Assembly (NCBI GenBank): GCA_963693365.1
Contig: CAVNZM010000002.1
Location: forward strand, 10,472,328-10,536,327
Source: Amoebidium appalachense
Lineage: Eukaryota; Protista; Ichthyosporea
Length of the DNA: 64,000 bases
Direction of reading: 5' to 3'
In this document: positions 37,319-59,065 of the stretch, one piece after another
Numbering within the stretch: the stretch's first letter is position 1
How the letters are laid out: each line of letters begins with the position of its first letter
Program-made: the position numbers and the translations under genes
The notes under the pieces: model-generated
Seen by the model: the letters and a program-made list of their open reading frames with translations, nothing else
Told to the model about the DNA's origin: nothing
Database searches by the model: none

Positions 37319-38382
37319 AGAGGGCCTGCAAAGGCTCTCCGGGAACAAAACGTGATAAAATAAAAAATAAAATAAAAAACCATGTTTAAATTATATCAGC
37401 GGTTTATACACTCCCGACATGCAGTGTGAATATTGACGCTTACTATCAAATAAATAGGAGGAGTCCTTGGTCACCGAAAACCCAGGCTACAGTGCCGTGC
37501 ACTCGTCATGCTCGAGCTCCCCCCCCCCCCCCCCCCCCTCCTTTGCCCAACTGCCAACCCCCCCATCCCCCCTCCCCCCTCCCCGCCCCCTCCCCCCCCC
37601 TTCGAGACTCCTTTCGTTAAAATAGGCGGGGCTCCGCTTCCAGTCTCCCTTAGGCTATCGCCCACACATTTACACACGTACACACACTTTCACAAGCACT
37701 GAATCCACACTTACCTGCCGACACATGTACCACACACGCTTACGAGGTGCACAAATATAAACCAGATGAACATGCAAATACACTCATTCTCACCACCCAC
37801 GTGACATATATTACCCACCACACAGACACACACACAAACACTGCACGGCGAGCACAATAAGCTGGCTCCTGATAATTCATAGTTTAGTAGTTACTTAGTT
37901 GACCGGCGTAACAAATACAGCCTTTGGTGGGTGAAAAGAGATGTTTGGTCATCACGCACACACGGGGAGGGAGGGCGGGGAGGGGGCCGGGGGGGAGGAG
38001 GGGGAGGTGGGTGGGGGGGAACGTCCACCAACCCACCGGCCAGATGGGTCCCCCCCCCCCCCCCCCCCCCCGGTGCCTGGGGGCGGGCCCCAGGGCAGGG
38101 GACCCCCCCCCCCTCCCCCCCCCCCCCCCCCCCCTCAATCCTTGGTTGAATGTATGGTTGCATTTTGATATCTAAAGGAAGTAGTGGCCTCATTGATGGA
38201 TTGGGATTACACTGGGAGGGACATGACGCCAACATAAGTTAAGAAATTTGCACGATCTAGCACATATGGGAGCACAACCCCTCCTCCTCCCCCCCACCCC
38301 TGCGGCTATTGGGGGAGGGGGGGGGGGGGGAGGGGGAGCGGGGTGCCATCAGGGGGAACGTCGATATTTACTTATTTCATTC

Positions 38383-38428
<46 letters not shown>

Positions 38429-38686
38429 ATTTTCAAAATCGTGAATCCCTTAGTAGCACCTAAAAAAGTTCACACAATGCGCCTACACTTGCGCGCAATG
38501 CCATGTTTTGGTCTTTTGTTAAGAAGTCGCTGTTGTGCCCTGTTTTTTGGGTTTTGTGGTTCCTTTTTTTCTTTGCTTTTGGTATTTTACTGACTTTGTT
38601 TGTCAAATACTTTAACCATAGAACTGCCCTCTACTGTATCCGAATAAAACGGGTTTAAATACATGGTACGTGCGGATAATGCACTT

Positions 38687-38730
<44 letters not shown>

Positions 38731-39239
38731 AAAAAAAAGAAAGAAAGAAAAAACACACACACACATAGTCACACACACATCGTGACACATACAATACTGC
38801 ACGTACACACAGACACCCGCACAATCACGCGCACACACACATAAACTTGTGTCGAAAAGCTTAAGGGCCTGGTCACCGTGAATGCGCATGAGCACTGCTG
38901 GAATTCAATATTATATCACACTGGCGTCCAATCCCGCACAAAAGCTTTATCCGATAGACGGGTGGTCCACACCGTGGCAAACACGAGATCAATCTTCTCA
39001 TCTAATGGGCAATCCGATGTGCACAGCTGGATCTTCCGTTCGTTTAATAATTCGAGAGGATCATGTGTCAGGTGGTACTTGTGTTCACGTGGCCCGCAGT
39101 GTGCACCCGTCACCCAGAATTCAAAGTGTCCTTGCCCTCCCTCCACCTTCTTCCAATCCCCCTCCCCTCCCCCCCCCCCTCCCCGCCTACCTTTTTGCCC
39201 CCCCCCCCCCCCCCCCCTCCTCCCCCCCCCCCCCCCTCC

Positions 39240-39283
<44 letters not shown>

Positions 39284-39638
39284 CCATCATATTCTACCCC
39301 CAGTCTCAGTTTACGTAACCCTTGCAAAATCTGATGTTCCAAAATCATAAGATAGAATACTGCAATTATCTTTTAGCTTGCTGGACATCGTGTTAATACT
39401 GAAGGGCACCTGTATGCCAAACTTTAGTACCGTCATGTGGGCCCGTACAACTCCACAACTTGAATCTCAATGAGGGCCATGCGTCTCATCATGTGGTGTG
39501 CATAGATCCAGTTACAATGTGTTCACGCAATACACCTTAATAAACCGACTACGGTATAGGTGACAGTGGTGATTCTAATGTTCAAACAACCCATTTAAAA
39601 GGCGGCTGCCAGTGGTGGTGGTGGTGGTGTGTGTGTGT

Positions 39639-39669
<31 letters not shown>

Positions 39670-40298
39670 GGGGGGGGGAGGGGGAGAGGGGGGGGGGAGG
39701 AAAGGGGGTGAGGGGGGGGGGGGGGGTTGGCAGGGGGAAGGGGAGGGGGCCACTGCCCATCGGGCTTACAAGAGCAGGCCTACAATGCCTTTGCCTGGCA
39801 GATAACACTATGAGCACCACGTACTGATACAACCCTATTGGAGCTGGGGAACAGGCAGTGGGTAGCGGAAGATGATGGCCGGACTGTGGAACTTTGAGGG
39901 GCCTCAAGGAGTCCCAAATAAACAATAGGGCTCTTCACAAACAAAACAGGGTTTTTTTTATTGTAAATTAAAAGCTCTGTACTGAGAGAGATATTAAATG
40001 CTGTACGTGCGCCTATTATGATAATTTGCACTAGTATGCAAAAGCATGCATACAACAGCTCAATCAACCAGTAACAAAACGTTCCAACTACACACCTGCA
40101 GGTCATTGTTCAAAAATACTTGAACTGATTGGGTGAAAGAGTGCCAGCTGCAGGGTGCACCCCCTCCTCCCCCCCCCCCCCCCCCCGGGGGGGAGGCCCC
40201 GCTCCCAATGGTACACTAGGCACACTCGCGTACCATAAACACACAAATGGAGCACACCCTGGCAGCACGCACTCAGTGCCACACATACATGAGCGCGC

Positions 40299-40357
<59 letters not shown>

Positions 40358-40531
40358 GATGCATCATCATACGCACGTATACACACACACACACATACAG
40401 CTAACACGAAAGGTACACACTAAAAATAATAAAGCTAAAAACAGATATGGAACTAAGACGACTATAAAATAAGCACACACATTCAGTGGTACATGTCAGG
40501 GGTACACATGGTCGTGGCACTGGCACACACG

Positions 40532-40584
<53 letters not shown>

Positions 40585-41457
40585 ACACACACATGTGGGG
40601 CACACACAAAACACAACAGCAGCAACACCGACACGTCATGCCTACATGTACATGCACATGTACACGGGCTTAGCTTTACCTGCACAACCACAGCACACAC
40701 ACACACACATACATGTACACGGCACACACATGCAACACGTGTACATTCCAAGCAGACCAGGTACCGTAACACACACTCGTTATTGTGCACATAAAAATCG
40801 GTGTCCACCCCCCACACACAGTCACACACACACACACACACACACGAGACCATCAGATATTATTATCAACATCATGTACGTTTAATACACCCATGGCCCA
40901 TACTATGTACAATATTTGATGCCCCCATCAGCCTGGCATCTATCCCGCTACCCCACATGCAATGCTCTGCCAGTGGCAGGCGTGGGGTTTGCTCTGCAGC
41001 ACTAAGTCAGCACCCCTACAGCCGTCCACCCCCAACACCCCACCCCATTCCACACCCCAAGGGCTTCTAGCCCATCGTCCACAGGTTCACATTCACCGAC
41101 TTTCGTATTTAGATAACCAGTTAGAATGTGAAATGCAATATGTACCACCAGCTAGACTGCCTGACCGTGATTACCACGCACAAACTCAACCATAAGCCAC
41201 CCAGGCAATGCCCTTTGCACGGAGCCAATACAAATGCCATAGTAATATGTGCATGCACGACACTGCCATCTGGTGTTGGTAAGGTGTGCGGTGTTGACAG
41301 ACATGGCCTACTTGGTGTGCATTTCAGTTCGTCATATGTAACTGATCTCTACATTCTGATAAATCATGTCAAACACAAAATAACCCCCCTAATAGTCAGG
41401 ACATTCATGCATTAAAACAGCAACTAGTGACATTCGCATAAGTACGTGCATAACACT

Positions 41458-48852
<7,395 letters not shown>

Positions 48853-50764
48853 TTTCCAGGGTTTGCTGCGTGCAGCGCCGAAGTGAACTTCAGACTGATC
48901 CAATGGAATGTGCCGCAAGCAAACAGACTATCAGCTCGTATCTTGAAGCAACAAGGAACGAAAGCCTGCAACCACACTAGTGCCCCGCACCAAGCACACT
49001 GGGTGGGTAGTGGCAGGGTCGTATGCCTAGCAGACTGCTGGCCTCCTAAAACCGGGCTATAAATGACCCAGGGCCGGCCGTGCCCGCTTACTTCACCACG
49101 TACGGAATACCAAGGACATCACTAGCTAACCGCACGTGAACTTCCAATAGCGATAGTCTATTGCTAGCACCGAACTAAACAGGCCTGCTGTGTGGCAACA
49201 CGGTGTCTCGGGGAGAAGGCGCAAAAGTAAGTTCAAGTCTTGGTCTTCTCTCTGAACGGCAGAGCTGACAGAAGTCGGTTGGACGGGACCGCGGCTCATG
49301 AGTATTGACACTTTTCGGTCAGCCGCGATCTATCTAGGAGGTTTCAAAGGGTTGTTATTGGGTATAAATTTGCGCAAAAGTATCTAATATGAAAAGTTAT
49401 CCAACCAGCATTGATTTAGAGAAAAAAGCGCGGCAAATATTCTGGTCTCCACAAACTTAGGCGAACAAGTGACGAAGAAGCATAAGCTGCTGAGCTAAGG
49501 TTGAAGGGCTGCTTTCTTAGACTAGAGGTGAAGCCTTCCTGTGTAAGAGGTCAGAAGAAGAGACTACTCTCCGTGCAAACGAAACTCATAAGGTTATGCT
49601 ACCGAGTATTAGAGCCTTCAAATCACCGCAAAGCACTGCTATTAGAGCATTCATGTCACCACAAAGCCGTCATATAGGGAGTTCATGTCACCACATGACA
49701 AAGCTTATCTTTTCACAAGATCACAGTTACGGTATTCCTTAAAGCTTTAATATTATCACGAGCGCGCGTGCACCGGATATCTAGAACATTCTTATGTTAC
49801 GAACCACAGCAAAGCTAGCCAGCCGGCAAAGAGAATGTGTGGGGGCATCTGGCCGGTCTGCAGGACAGGCAAAGTGCAGAGCTAGCTGGCCAACCTGTCG
49901 AGCAGGGAGAGCTCGAAGTCAACCACCTGGTAGCAAGCAGGCAACAGTGCAGAGGCACTTGAGAGGCGTGCTATTCTGAGAGCTCCAGGCCTTAGAGCAA
50001 ACCCAGCCACCACCGAGCGCTTTCTTTCTTGCCAAGGTCTGTTTTGGTCAGTATGTACATCTAAGCTGTGGGGGTAGGCCAGGTTCCTTGCTTGCCCTGT
50101 CAAGCTTTGGCTTTCCGTTTGCCTACCGGGCTGTGTTTTCCGAACTATCCCGCAACGAGGTTTTTGAGGATCTGGTATTTTCTGAATAATGAGCCCTAAA
50201 GCTGTCGTAAGAAAAAAACCTACTCAGAGTCTTGTCTATTTTTCAAGGGCAGGTTAGACACAAGTCTAGTCTCTTCAGCAACGAAATTCTCATGCAGAAC
50301 TTAGAATGCAACCTACCTCAAAAGCTTCCAGTGGGCATACACTTAACCTTAAATGCATCAAAACCAGGTGAACAAATAACAAAATGCACCCTCGAAAAGT
50401 TATACTCCATGTCACACCAAAGAGCACTCGGGCAGGCACGTGTGCCTGTGTGTGTGTGCCATGGTGTGTGTGTGCGTTGGTTTGTGCCTATGCAAGTGTG
50501 GTTTTGTGCGTGTGTGTGTATAATGTGTGTGTAGCGTGTGTGCATGTCTGTACGCAGGTGTGCCAGCGTTATGTGTGTGTGTGGGTGTGTGCGCGCGCAC
50601 GCATGTGTGCGTAGGTGCGCCAGTGCCATGTGTGGGTGCGTGTGGGTGTGTGCTCCTACCTACTTTCTTCTAATGTTTTTGGTATACCTAACCCCTACCC
50701 TTGTCTGTGGGTGGCTGCTACAGACACGCTGTGCTGAAGGGCCTGGTGGCTTGCTTTTTGGACC

Positions 50765-52778
50765 ATGGGGGCCAGTGAGATAGAGTTCTCCAGTGAGAGT
50801 GATAGTGATTGCGACCAGGAGGAGCAGCAGTTCCGGCGCAGCTGCAGCCTGTTCCGGCTGCAGTATAGTCACGTGCCCCGGCTGAAGCTGTTCCGGGTGG
50901 TGCGGGAGTGCGTGGGCCTGCTGGACCACGTGGACCCTGTGCGCCGTGACGTTATTCTGGCTGCTAACCTGCAGGCCTTCTTTGCCACCAGCAGCATAGG
51001 TGCGTACAGGGCTGGCCAGGGGGTGTGGCAATGGGGCTGGCATACGGGGAATGGGATGGGGGTTGCTGACGGCCACACACCCTTCCAGGACGAGGAAAAA
51101 GGCCCCTTGATGACACAGAACAAGAACCCAGGCAGCACAAGCGGCAAAGGTAGGGGCACGCTGGTGGGCTGGAGAGGGAAGAGGGGAGGGGTTGAAGGGG
51201 TGGGTGTATGTTTCCCATTTTCTTTTCCATTTCTTCTTTCAAGTTCTTCTTTCTCCCTCTTTTTCCCTTTTTTTTTTTTATCCTTCTTTCTCCTTCTCCT
51301 TCTTCTCCTTCTTCTCCTGCTTCTTCTCCTTCTTCTTCTTCTTCTTCTTCTTCTTCTTCTTCTTCTTCTTCTTCTTCTTCTTCTTCTTCTTCTTCTTTTT
51401 GTGTGTGTGTGTGTGTGTGTGTGTTTGTGTGTGTGTGTGCGCGCGCGAGCATGTGTTTGGCAGTTGTGTTGGTGGTGGTGTTTGTGTGTGCATCTATGTT
51501 TTTTTCTTCTTTTTTTTCTTCTTCTTTTCTTTTTCCCCGTGATGTGTGTGTGTGTGTGTTTTGGGGGGGGGGGGGGGGGGGGTGGGGGGGGGGGGGAGGA
51601 TGGAGTAGGCTCGGGCGACCAAGCTGCACAAAACCAAATGCAGGTAGGCACTAGGATGTTTTAACGAACGTTTTAAAGGAGAGAGCAAGAATGTGGGTAG
51701 GAAGCAGGGTTATAAGGATCTGAACTGCGTGCACCCAGCATTGAGGCAGTTCGGGAACCAATTCGATGCCCACAGGCACTTGCAGTGGCTGCTGACAGAC
51801 CCCACACTGTTGTGGCATAGAAAAGGAAAGGACAAGGGGATTGAGGTAGTTTAGAAAGAAAATGCTGGTGGTCTGACTCGTGTCACACCCCACAGAGTGG
51901 CCATGGAGGTGATTGTGATCGACTCGGAGGACGAGGATGCTGCCACCCAGCACTCAGCCAGCCCCCAGCCCCCCTCACCCCCTGCCAGACACCACTTGCA
52001 TCGCCCATGGTCTTCCCCCGGCCAGCAATCACCTCCCTCCCCGCCATCCCCAAGCAACACGGACAGCCCGGTCTGCTTGGACAATGCTACCCCTCCCCTC
52101 CCCTCCCCGTCACCCCCACCACCAAACCCTGCCACGCCCAGAAGAAGGAAGGGAAAGGAGCCCATCCTCCCGTTAGTGATGGAGGCCTCCTCCCGGCCAC
52201 GTCTTAGCCGGGTAGTGGACAGGGGGGAGGGCAGTGGGGTGTCTGCCAGGCAGCAGGCGCAGGAGGTGCGTGCCCTTGATGCCTGCACCGTGCATGCCCA
52301 GCAGAAACGGGCCCCACTTCGGAGACCCCAGACACTTTCCACCAAGCGGCCCCGTACCACGGTGACAATCAGCGGCAGCAGCCAGCCGGCTAGCAAGACC
52401 ACACCACAGGCCATGGCGCACAGCAGCAGTATGACACAGTCATTACACACACAGCAGCAGGCACGTGCAGACATGCATGTGCACACACAGGCACAGGCAC
52501 ACGAACAGGCAGGCACACACCCACAACCACAGCCAACTTTAGAAACCCAGACACAAACCCAAGAACATGTACAGGCACAGGCGCATGCACCGGATCGTGC
52601 ACAGTCACAGGAGCAGGCGCACCCGTCGCAGGCACAGTCACATGAGCAGCCGAGCACACCAGGGCCGGGCCAGGGGGATGCCATCAGGCGCTGGAACCTG
52701 TACGCAAAGACCAAGACCCCCCAGCGCCGGCTAGATAGGTGCTGGCCCAATGGTCCGAGGCAGCGCCCAGCCCAGTGA
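50765..52778 (+). CDS. Hypothetical protein, 3 coding exons, with SUMO-interacting motif (EVIVIDSEDED) and NLS-like segment
   Basis: Exons of about 50765-50999, 51089-51149 and 51896-52778 join in frame over GT-AG introns (..ATSSI-G-RGKRPLDD..HKRQ-R-VAMEVIVID..). No family recognised and the start is uncertain. Confidence 0.6.
51280..51397. repeat. (CTT)n trinucleotide repeat, intronic
   Basis: Directly visible. Confidence 0.9.
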
Positions 52779-52917
52779 TAACAAGGCTACATAACCCGTG
52801 GCTTCATTAACAAAATATATTTATTGTCCTTCATAGCCCCCCATTCAGGGTGCCGAGGAGCAATGTTTAGTTTCCGTCTGTGCATAGTGGTCAACAGTAG
52901 TCGTTGCATGTTCATAT

Positions 52918-55900
52918 TTAGTCGTCCTTCTTTTCACTGGGGGCCTTTGGTTTGGCTGGGGCCTGGTCTTCCTTATTTTCGCCGGGCTTTGGGGCCCAGT
53001 CACTGCCATCGTCCCAGCCTCCGGACATGGCCTTAAGCCGTGCCTGCTCCTCCTTGATCTTCTTCTCCATCTCCCGTATCTCCTCCTGCTCGGCTGCAAC
53101 CATCTGCCGGTACATCTCCTCCTGCTCACCCCCGTCAGCCAAACCCCACACACATGCCCCAGCCCCCTTTTCCACGCACCTGCGGGTGGATCTGTGTGGG
53201 CATGATGCATGCCAGCACGAAGAACACCAGGGGCAGCCCCACCATCACCCCCACCACCAGCGGTGCTTCGTGGTAAAAGTCCTGCATCAGTGTCAGCCAC
53301 TGCCCCCAGCCCTCCCACCGGCCACCCAGGCCCCACCCACCTTAAAGTTGATCCACAGCAGCCCCGCCAACTGCACACCCATGTACAGTTAGCACCTGCA
53401 CACTCTGCCTCAAACACCCCCAGCCATACCCATACAAGAAGGCAAGCTCTTCTAAAGTGAGATTGATATCCATCGAACTTGTGTTGATATGCAATAGTTA
53501 ATATGAACGCTGTTCAATAATTCATTTAAAGACAAAATTAATCTGGTGGTTGGTTGCTTGCCCAGATCTGAAAATGGGTTGGTATCTGATTAGGCGAAGC
53601 TAAATGGGTGGTTTGACTGTTTGGTGAGAATATACCATAGGCAAACCTTTTGCGTTTGCACGTTACTAACCAACAAACGATACGATGGAGCAAAAGATCG
53701 GCCCTCGTTTCTACAGGGTTGCCCGTGCATCCAAACCTCTCCCATGCACTTGACTGAACCAGATTTCCTATTTGGCTCAACGACCGCCCCCCCCCCCCCC
53801 CCCCCCCCCTCCCGGGCGCACAAACCGAGGCAGCCTAATTACATATTACCCACCCGCAACTGGTCGTCCCACCAGTCTCCACGTAGCTGCGGGTCAATAC
53901 CAAGTCAGCTGGGCTGTCAAACTGTAGCTGGCTAACACCCCCCCCCCCCCCCCCCCCCCTCCCCCCCCCCGGGTACACACACACACACACAAACCCATCC
54001 GTCGGGGCTACCACCACTCTCAGTGCCATCCATTCCCACCCGTCCCCCCCCTCACTCTATACAGCCTTCCCTCGGACAGCCTTCCTCCCCTAGATCTGCA
54101 CATGCTTGGGGGTCGTTACATTGTGAAGTCGTTTTATGGCTAATGGTGTGAACTGTTCAGTGATTGGGGTTCAGTCATCTGGTCATTAGTGTCCAGGCTC
54201 GATAATTGGTGTTTCATCGCCCTAGCGGCTCATGAAACATGATGGGTCCTTCTTTAAAAAGTACTTTTACACAGGCTGATCTCAATCAATTATCCGTGTT
54301 CACACCAGGAGGTCGTTGGGTGCTCGATCATGGTCCGCATCAAGAGCATCGTTAACATTGCAGCTGAGATGAAGAAAAGGTGGTGCCATTGTAGGGGTTT
54401 GCTATGTCTTGGGGTTTGCTACGCGAAAGAGGTCCCACACACACAGTGCTTTTGCCGACCACATGTTCCTGTGCTGCCCATCCCCCCAGCCCCACGCACC
54501 TTCAGCTTGCCACAGTCGGCATCGCGCACAAACTGCAGCACCTCAGCCTGTGTGTATGTGTGGTTGCTGGTGGTGTGGGCATAGTGGCGGTCGGCCACAA
54601 AGTCCACCAGCATGAGCTGGGGCAGGTCGTCCCTCCGCAGCCAGAAGTACTTGCTCAGCACCCTGAAGTGCTCGTCCCCGTCCACCCACGCATACGTGTA
54701 CTTGCCTGCTAGCTCGTCTGCACCACCCCCTCAGCATCCCCCCTCCCCTCCCCCCCCCCCAATACCCATGTCACCCCAGCACCCTGACCTGTGGAGTCTG
54801 GGCCATTCAGCTGCAGGCCGACCTCCTGCACGGCCTTGAGTAGGTCCTGCACGCCCTGTGAGTGTGTGTCCTGCATGGGGGGGTGGGGGGGGCATGGCAG
54901 CAGGGGGGCACCTGGCTGGCCTGTGGCCGTGCCGTGCCCATGATGGCCAGCAGCACACTGCGGTTGGCCTGCATCAGGTCGGCCAGCTGCGCCGTGCCCT
55001 TCTCCCCCATGCCCAGCTGTGGCACCGTCACCAGCCGCTCCCTGCGCTCCCGTCAGCAGCCAAACTCATAATCCAGCCCCGGGCCTGCATGCACCCTGCA
55101 TGCATGGGGCTGGGGCGCACCTCAGGACCCACAGGTCCAGCTGGGGGGCGAGCCAATGGCCCCGTGTAGGTGCGCCTGAAGCCGTCCTTGAAGACCAGCA
55201 CGGCCGGATATGCCTGCAGGGCCAGGTGCTCCCTGGTCCACTGGCTGCTGGTGGCCCAGAACTTGGCTGCCATGCGCCGCTCCTCGGCCATGGCCCGGTA
55301 CACCGACTGTGCCCATGCCATGTCTTGATCACCAACCAGCCCGTCTACACCCAAGTCCAACACCCCTTATGCAAATGAGGGTCCATCCTACCCCCCCCCC
55401 CTCCCTCCCCTCCCCCCTCGGGCACTCCCCGTGCACAACCTCCTTCCCCCCTCCCCTGGGGCACTCCCCGTGCCCCCCCTCCCCTCCTCCTCCCCCCCCC
55501 CCCTCCCCCCTCCCCCCCGCCCCCCCCCCCCCCTCCCCCCCCCCCCCCCCCCCCCCCCCTGGCCGGGGCCCAACACTGCCCAACGCACCTCAGCTGCCTT
55601 GCTCTCAGGGGAGTCATCGCCCACAAACAGGAAGTCTGGGTGCTCGATGCCCAGCGCAAGTACAATGTGGTCGGGTAGCTCCTGCACGGCTGGCCTGTAA
55701 GAAAGAGACAGTGAGCAGAGCATACAGGGCACAACAGCACACTACCACACCGCTGGTAACAACATAAAGGCACGAGTGTGCACGTGAGTGGGAGTACGAG
55801 GAAGTGCGAGTGTGTGAGTGTGCAAGCGAGCGCCTGCATGCCGTGTGTGCTATGTCTGTGCCTGCAGCTGCCAGCATATCACTGGGGGCGGCAGCGGCAG

Positions 55901-55990
55901 CAAGGGGGGGGGGGGGGGGGGGGAGGGGGGAGGGGGGGGGGGGGGCAGAGGAGGTTGGCAGGAGTGTCGTATTCATGCAAGTACGTACAT

Positions 55991-56023
<33 letters not shown>

Positions 56024-56368
56024 CACAGGTTGTGTGTCGGAATATGGGGTGAGGCACGCACTCCACCAGCCTGTTAGCAAACTCTATTATGGATGCCAGC
56101 TGCCGGTTGCCACGGTAATCCAGCTGCGGCCCACTGGGCCCCTTCGGCAGCCTGCAATCCTCCTGATCAGCCCCCGCCTCCCCGTCCCCCCTCTTCCCTT
56201 GCCCCTCCCTGCACCCCCCCACCTCCCCACCCCTCCATCCCCCCACCCCCCCACCCCGGCCCCTACCCCTTGATTGTGGGGTAGCCTCGCACGCCAAAGC
56301 GCTTGCCCAGATCTGCAACCGCCATCCCGCCTGTTAGCCCCCCCCCCCCCCCCCCCCCCCCTCCCCCC

Positions 56369-56402
<34 letters not shown>

Positions 56403-57067
56403 CAGCAGGCAAGCTGGGTTCACGCACCCGGGTTTGCCACACAGTCGACCTTGCCGAAGTGCACCACCCCCTGTAGGGTGGCGGCAGCACTCTCCCACGT
56501 GGGCTGCAGGTTCTTGCAGTGGCCGCACCACGGCGCATAGAACTGGCGGAGGCGTGGGCGGTGTGGGTGAGCCTAGTTGGGCGCCCAACACTGCCCCCCT
56601 CCTTTGGATCTAAGAAGAACGTGCAGGTTGGGCTTGCAAGTGTGCCCATCCTTGGGTGTGTGGGGGCTTAAAAAGCTCGTGACAGGGCAGGTAGCCGCGC
56701 AAGCTTGTGCGTCTGCTCAGAGTACGAGATTAATGGTGTGCGTGTGTCCCCTCACGAGCGAAAACCTCAGAGTACGTGTGTGTCTCGATTGTGCAGGCAC
56801 ATAGTTTGGTCCTCCCTCCTTGCGTGCATGCAGTGTGTGTGCACGTGGCATGGCAAGCAGGGCCTGCACGCACCTCGACCAGCCACACGCCCCTCTCCGT
56901 GTGCGCGTCAAAGTCCAAGCTGGTCAGCTCGTGCACGGTGCCCTGCACACCCGCTGCACCCCCCTCAGTGCTTGCCCCCCGCCCCAGTAAACCCGCCAGG
57001 CACTGCAGGCCACACCCAACGCACCTGCCAGCCACAGGGAGGCTGCCACGGCTGCACGCAGCCACAT
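52918..57067 (-). CDS. TMX3: TMX3-like transmembrane protein disulfide isomerase, about 14 exons, with one apparent +1 frameshift
   Basis: gccgccATG start and signal peptide. Catalytic [10 protein letters not shown] and [11 protein letters not shown], then b/b' domains ([30 protein letters not shown]). TM segment [21 protein letters not shown] and C-terminal KKDD ER-retrieval signal. Confidence 0.85.
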
Positions 57068-57473
57068 GGCGGCCAGAAACAGTGGGTCTGGATTTTGAGT
57101 ATGTGGGTCTGCAGGTGGGTATCAGGTCACAGTAGCGGAGGCAAGAGGACTGGGGGTAACTGCAGTTGGGACGGTTTTGTGGCTGGCGCGAAATGTTCCA
57201 GCCAGTTGCAAAGATGCAGTCTGTGCCAATGTGATGCCGTGGATAAGCGTGGCCTTACGTAACAAACAGGGTGTGAAATTTCAAATCAAATATGTTTACT
57301 GTATGTACGGGGGAGAATGTGCTGTTTATTATTGACATGTACTCGAGTACATTGGGGTGCATGTCGGTGTGTGTGTGTGTGTGGAGGAGGGGGTGTGTGT
57401 TGAGGAATGTGCTGTTCATCAATGACATGTACTCGGTCACATAGGGGTACATGGGTGTGCGTGTGTGTCAGGT

Positions 57474-57544
<71 letters not shown>

Positions 57545-59009
57545 GGGGGGGGGGGGCCGGGGGAAGGGGGGAAACGTGCTGACATGTGCTCCCATCACAA
57601 AAAAAAAAAAAAAAAAAAAAAAAAAAACACCACCACCATGGGCCACCGAACGGAGAAATTTCTTACAGAACATGAGGGCCATGGTCTTTGAACAATTTCG
57701 TGACAAATAGACCCTATTTCCCTTAAGGCAGTGATATTGTTAGAAGTATGTAGTGCGGCCCGTATGTTTTAATGAAGAGACCCTCTCAGATCGGCCATTA
57801 TTATCTCATGTTGCTTAAATTTGGTCCTGCAAGGGGATAACGATATTCAGAAGCTGTGCACAGGTGGCCTTCGTAAAATCGAACATTGGCCGGGTATTTG
57901 AACACACGTGACCCGGATATATATATCACTCGACAGCATTGCATATATCTAGGCGGAGCTCACCTCGCCCGTACAAGAGAGCATGTTTACAAACAACCAT
58001 GAAATCAAATTCACATGGTGTGCGAGCACATGGTGCACCGGTGGTGTGGGATCCTCGGTGATATCACATTATAATATGAGCACTGTCAACTCGAGCCCAT
58101 CATATGCATCAGCAAGCCTTTTATTTTGGACCATGATTAAGAAACCATTCAGATCCGACAAAAATTTACTACCATATGCGGCAGTAACTACTGACCTTTT
58201 GGTCCAATTAATGCGCAAGTTACATATAATAATTGTGACACGTGATATGACAGAAGCAGCACCACGAATACTTCGAGTATCATAGACATAAACTGTGCAC
58301 GGCGAATTTAGAGTGGAGGCCAAGAGCGTCATGCGCAAAAACATCATTCGTTTCATCATAAATTAATATAACTAAATTTTAGCGGGCACCTGGGTTTTTT
58401 CCTCACTGCCAAAGCCGGCCCCCCCCCCCCCCCCCCCACACCAATTCGATTACACTATGTCCGTATGTATCACACCCACTGGCCCCTCGACCGCCCTCAA
58501 TCCCTTCCTTTAAAAAACAAAAAACACCTCCTTGTACAAGTATTGTTTTATTCGTTCAACTAACCCCCCCCCCCCCCCCAAAAAAAAAAAAAAAAAAAAA
58601 AAAGAAGGGGGGGGGGAGGGGGGGACTAGATTCAGACACAGCAAGCGCCTGGCATGCCAAAAGCAACCGCTCTCTCAAGGGACAAAGCCCATGCGGCAAT
58701 AAACATGTGGTCCACTAAGAACACTGCAGTGCACATTCGCTGAATAACTAACGTACCACCAATGCATTCAACAGGCAATAAGATGTAATCCCTGAGGCCT
58801 GCAGGTGTGCGCTGGGCCATTGCCGGGGCATACCCACTTGGCCCACGCCACAGCAGACTCTGAAGGGTCCCCGTGGAGGCGCCCGTCTCTGGCTCTGTTC
58901 CCCCTTCCCTACTGTGCACGTGTATTTGGCATGCACGCCATGCAAGCTCATGTGCAAGCACATATGAATGGATGTACCCAATCACAAGTGTTTGTTCTTG
59001 TGTGTGTAG

Positions 59010-59057
<48 letters not shown>

Positions 59058-59065
59058 CGTCAGCG

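Noticed and set aside
57311-57452. Imperfect direct repeat of about 50 bp upstream of TMX3
   Set aside because: An old local duplication with no further structure.
58560-58630. C-run/A-run/G-run hairpin followed by CTAG as a Helitron 3' end
   Set aside because: Homopolymers are ubiquitous here, CTAG is not followed by T, and no matching 5' end was found.
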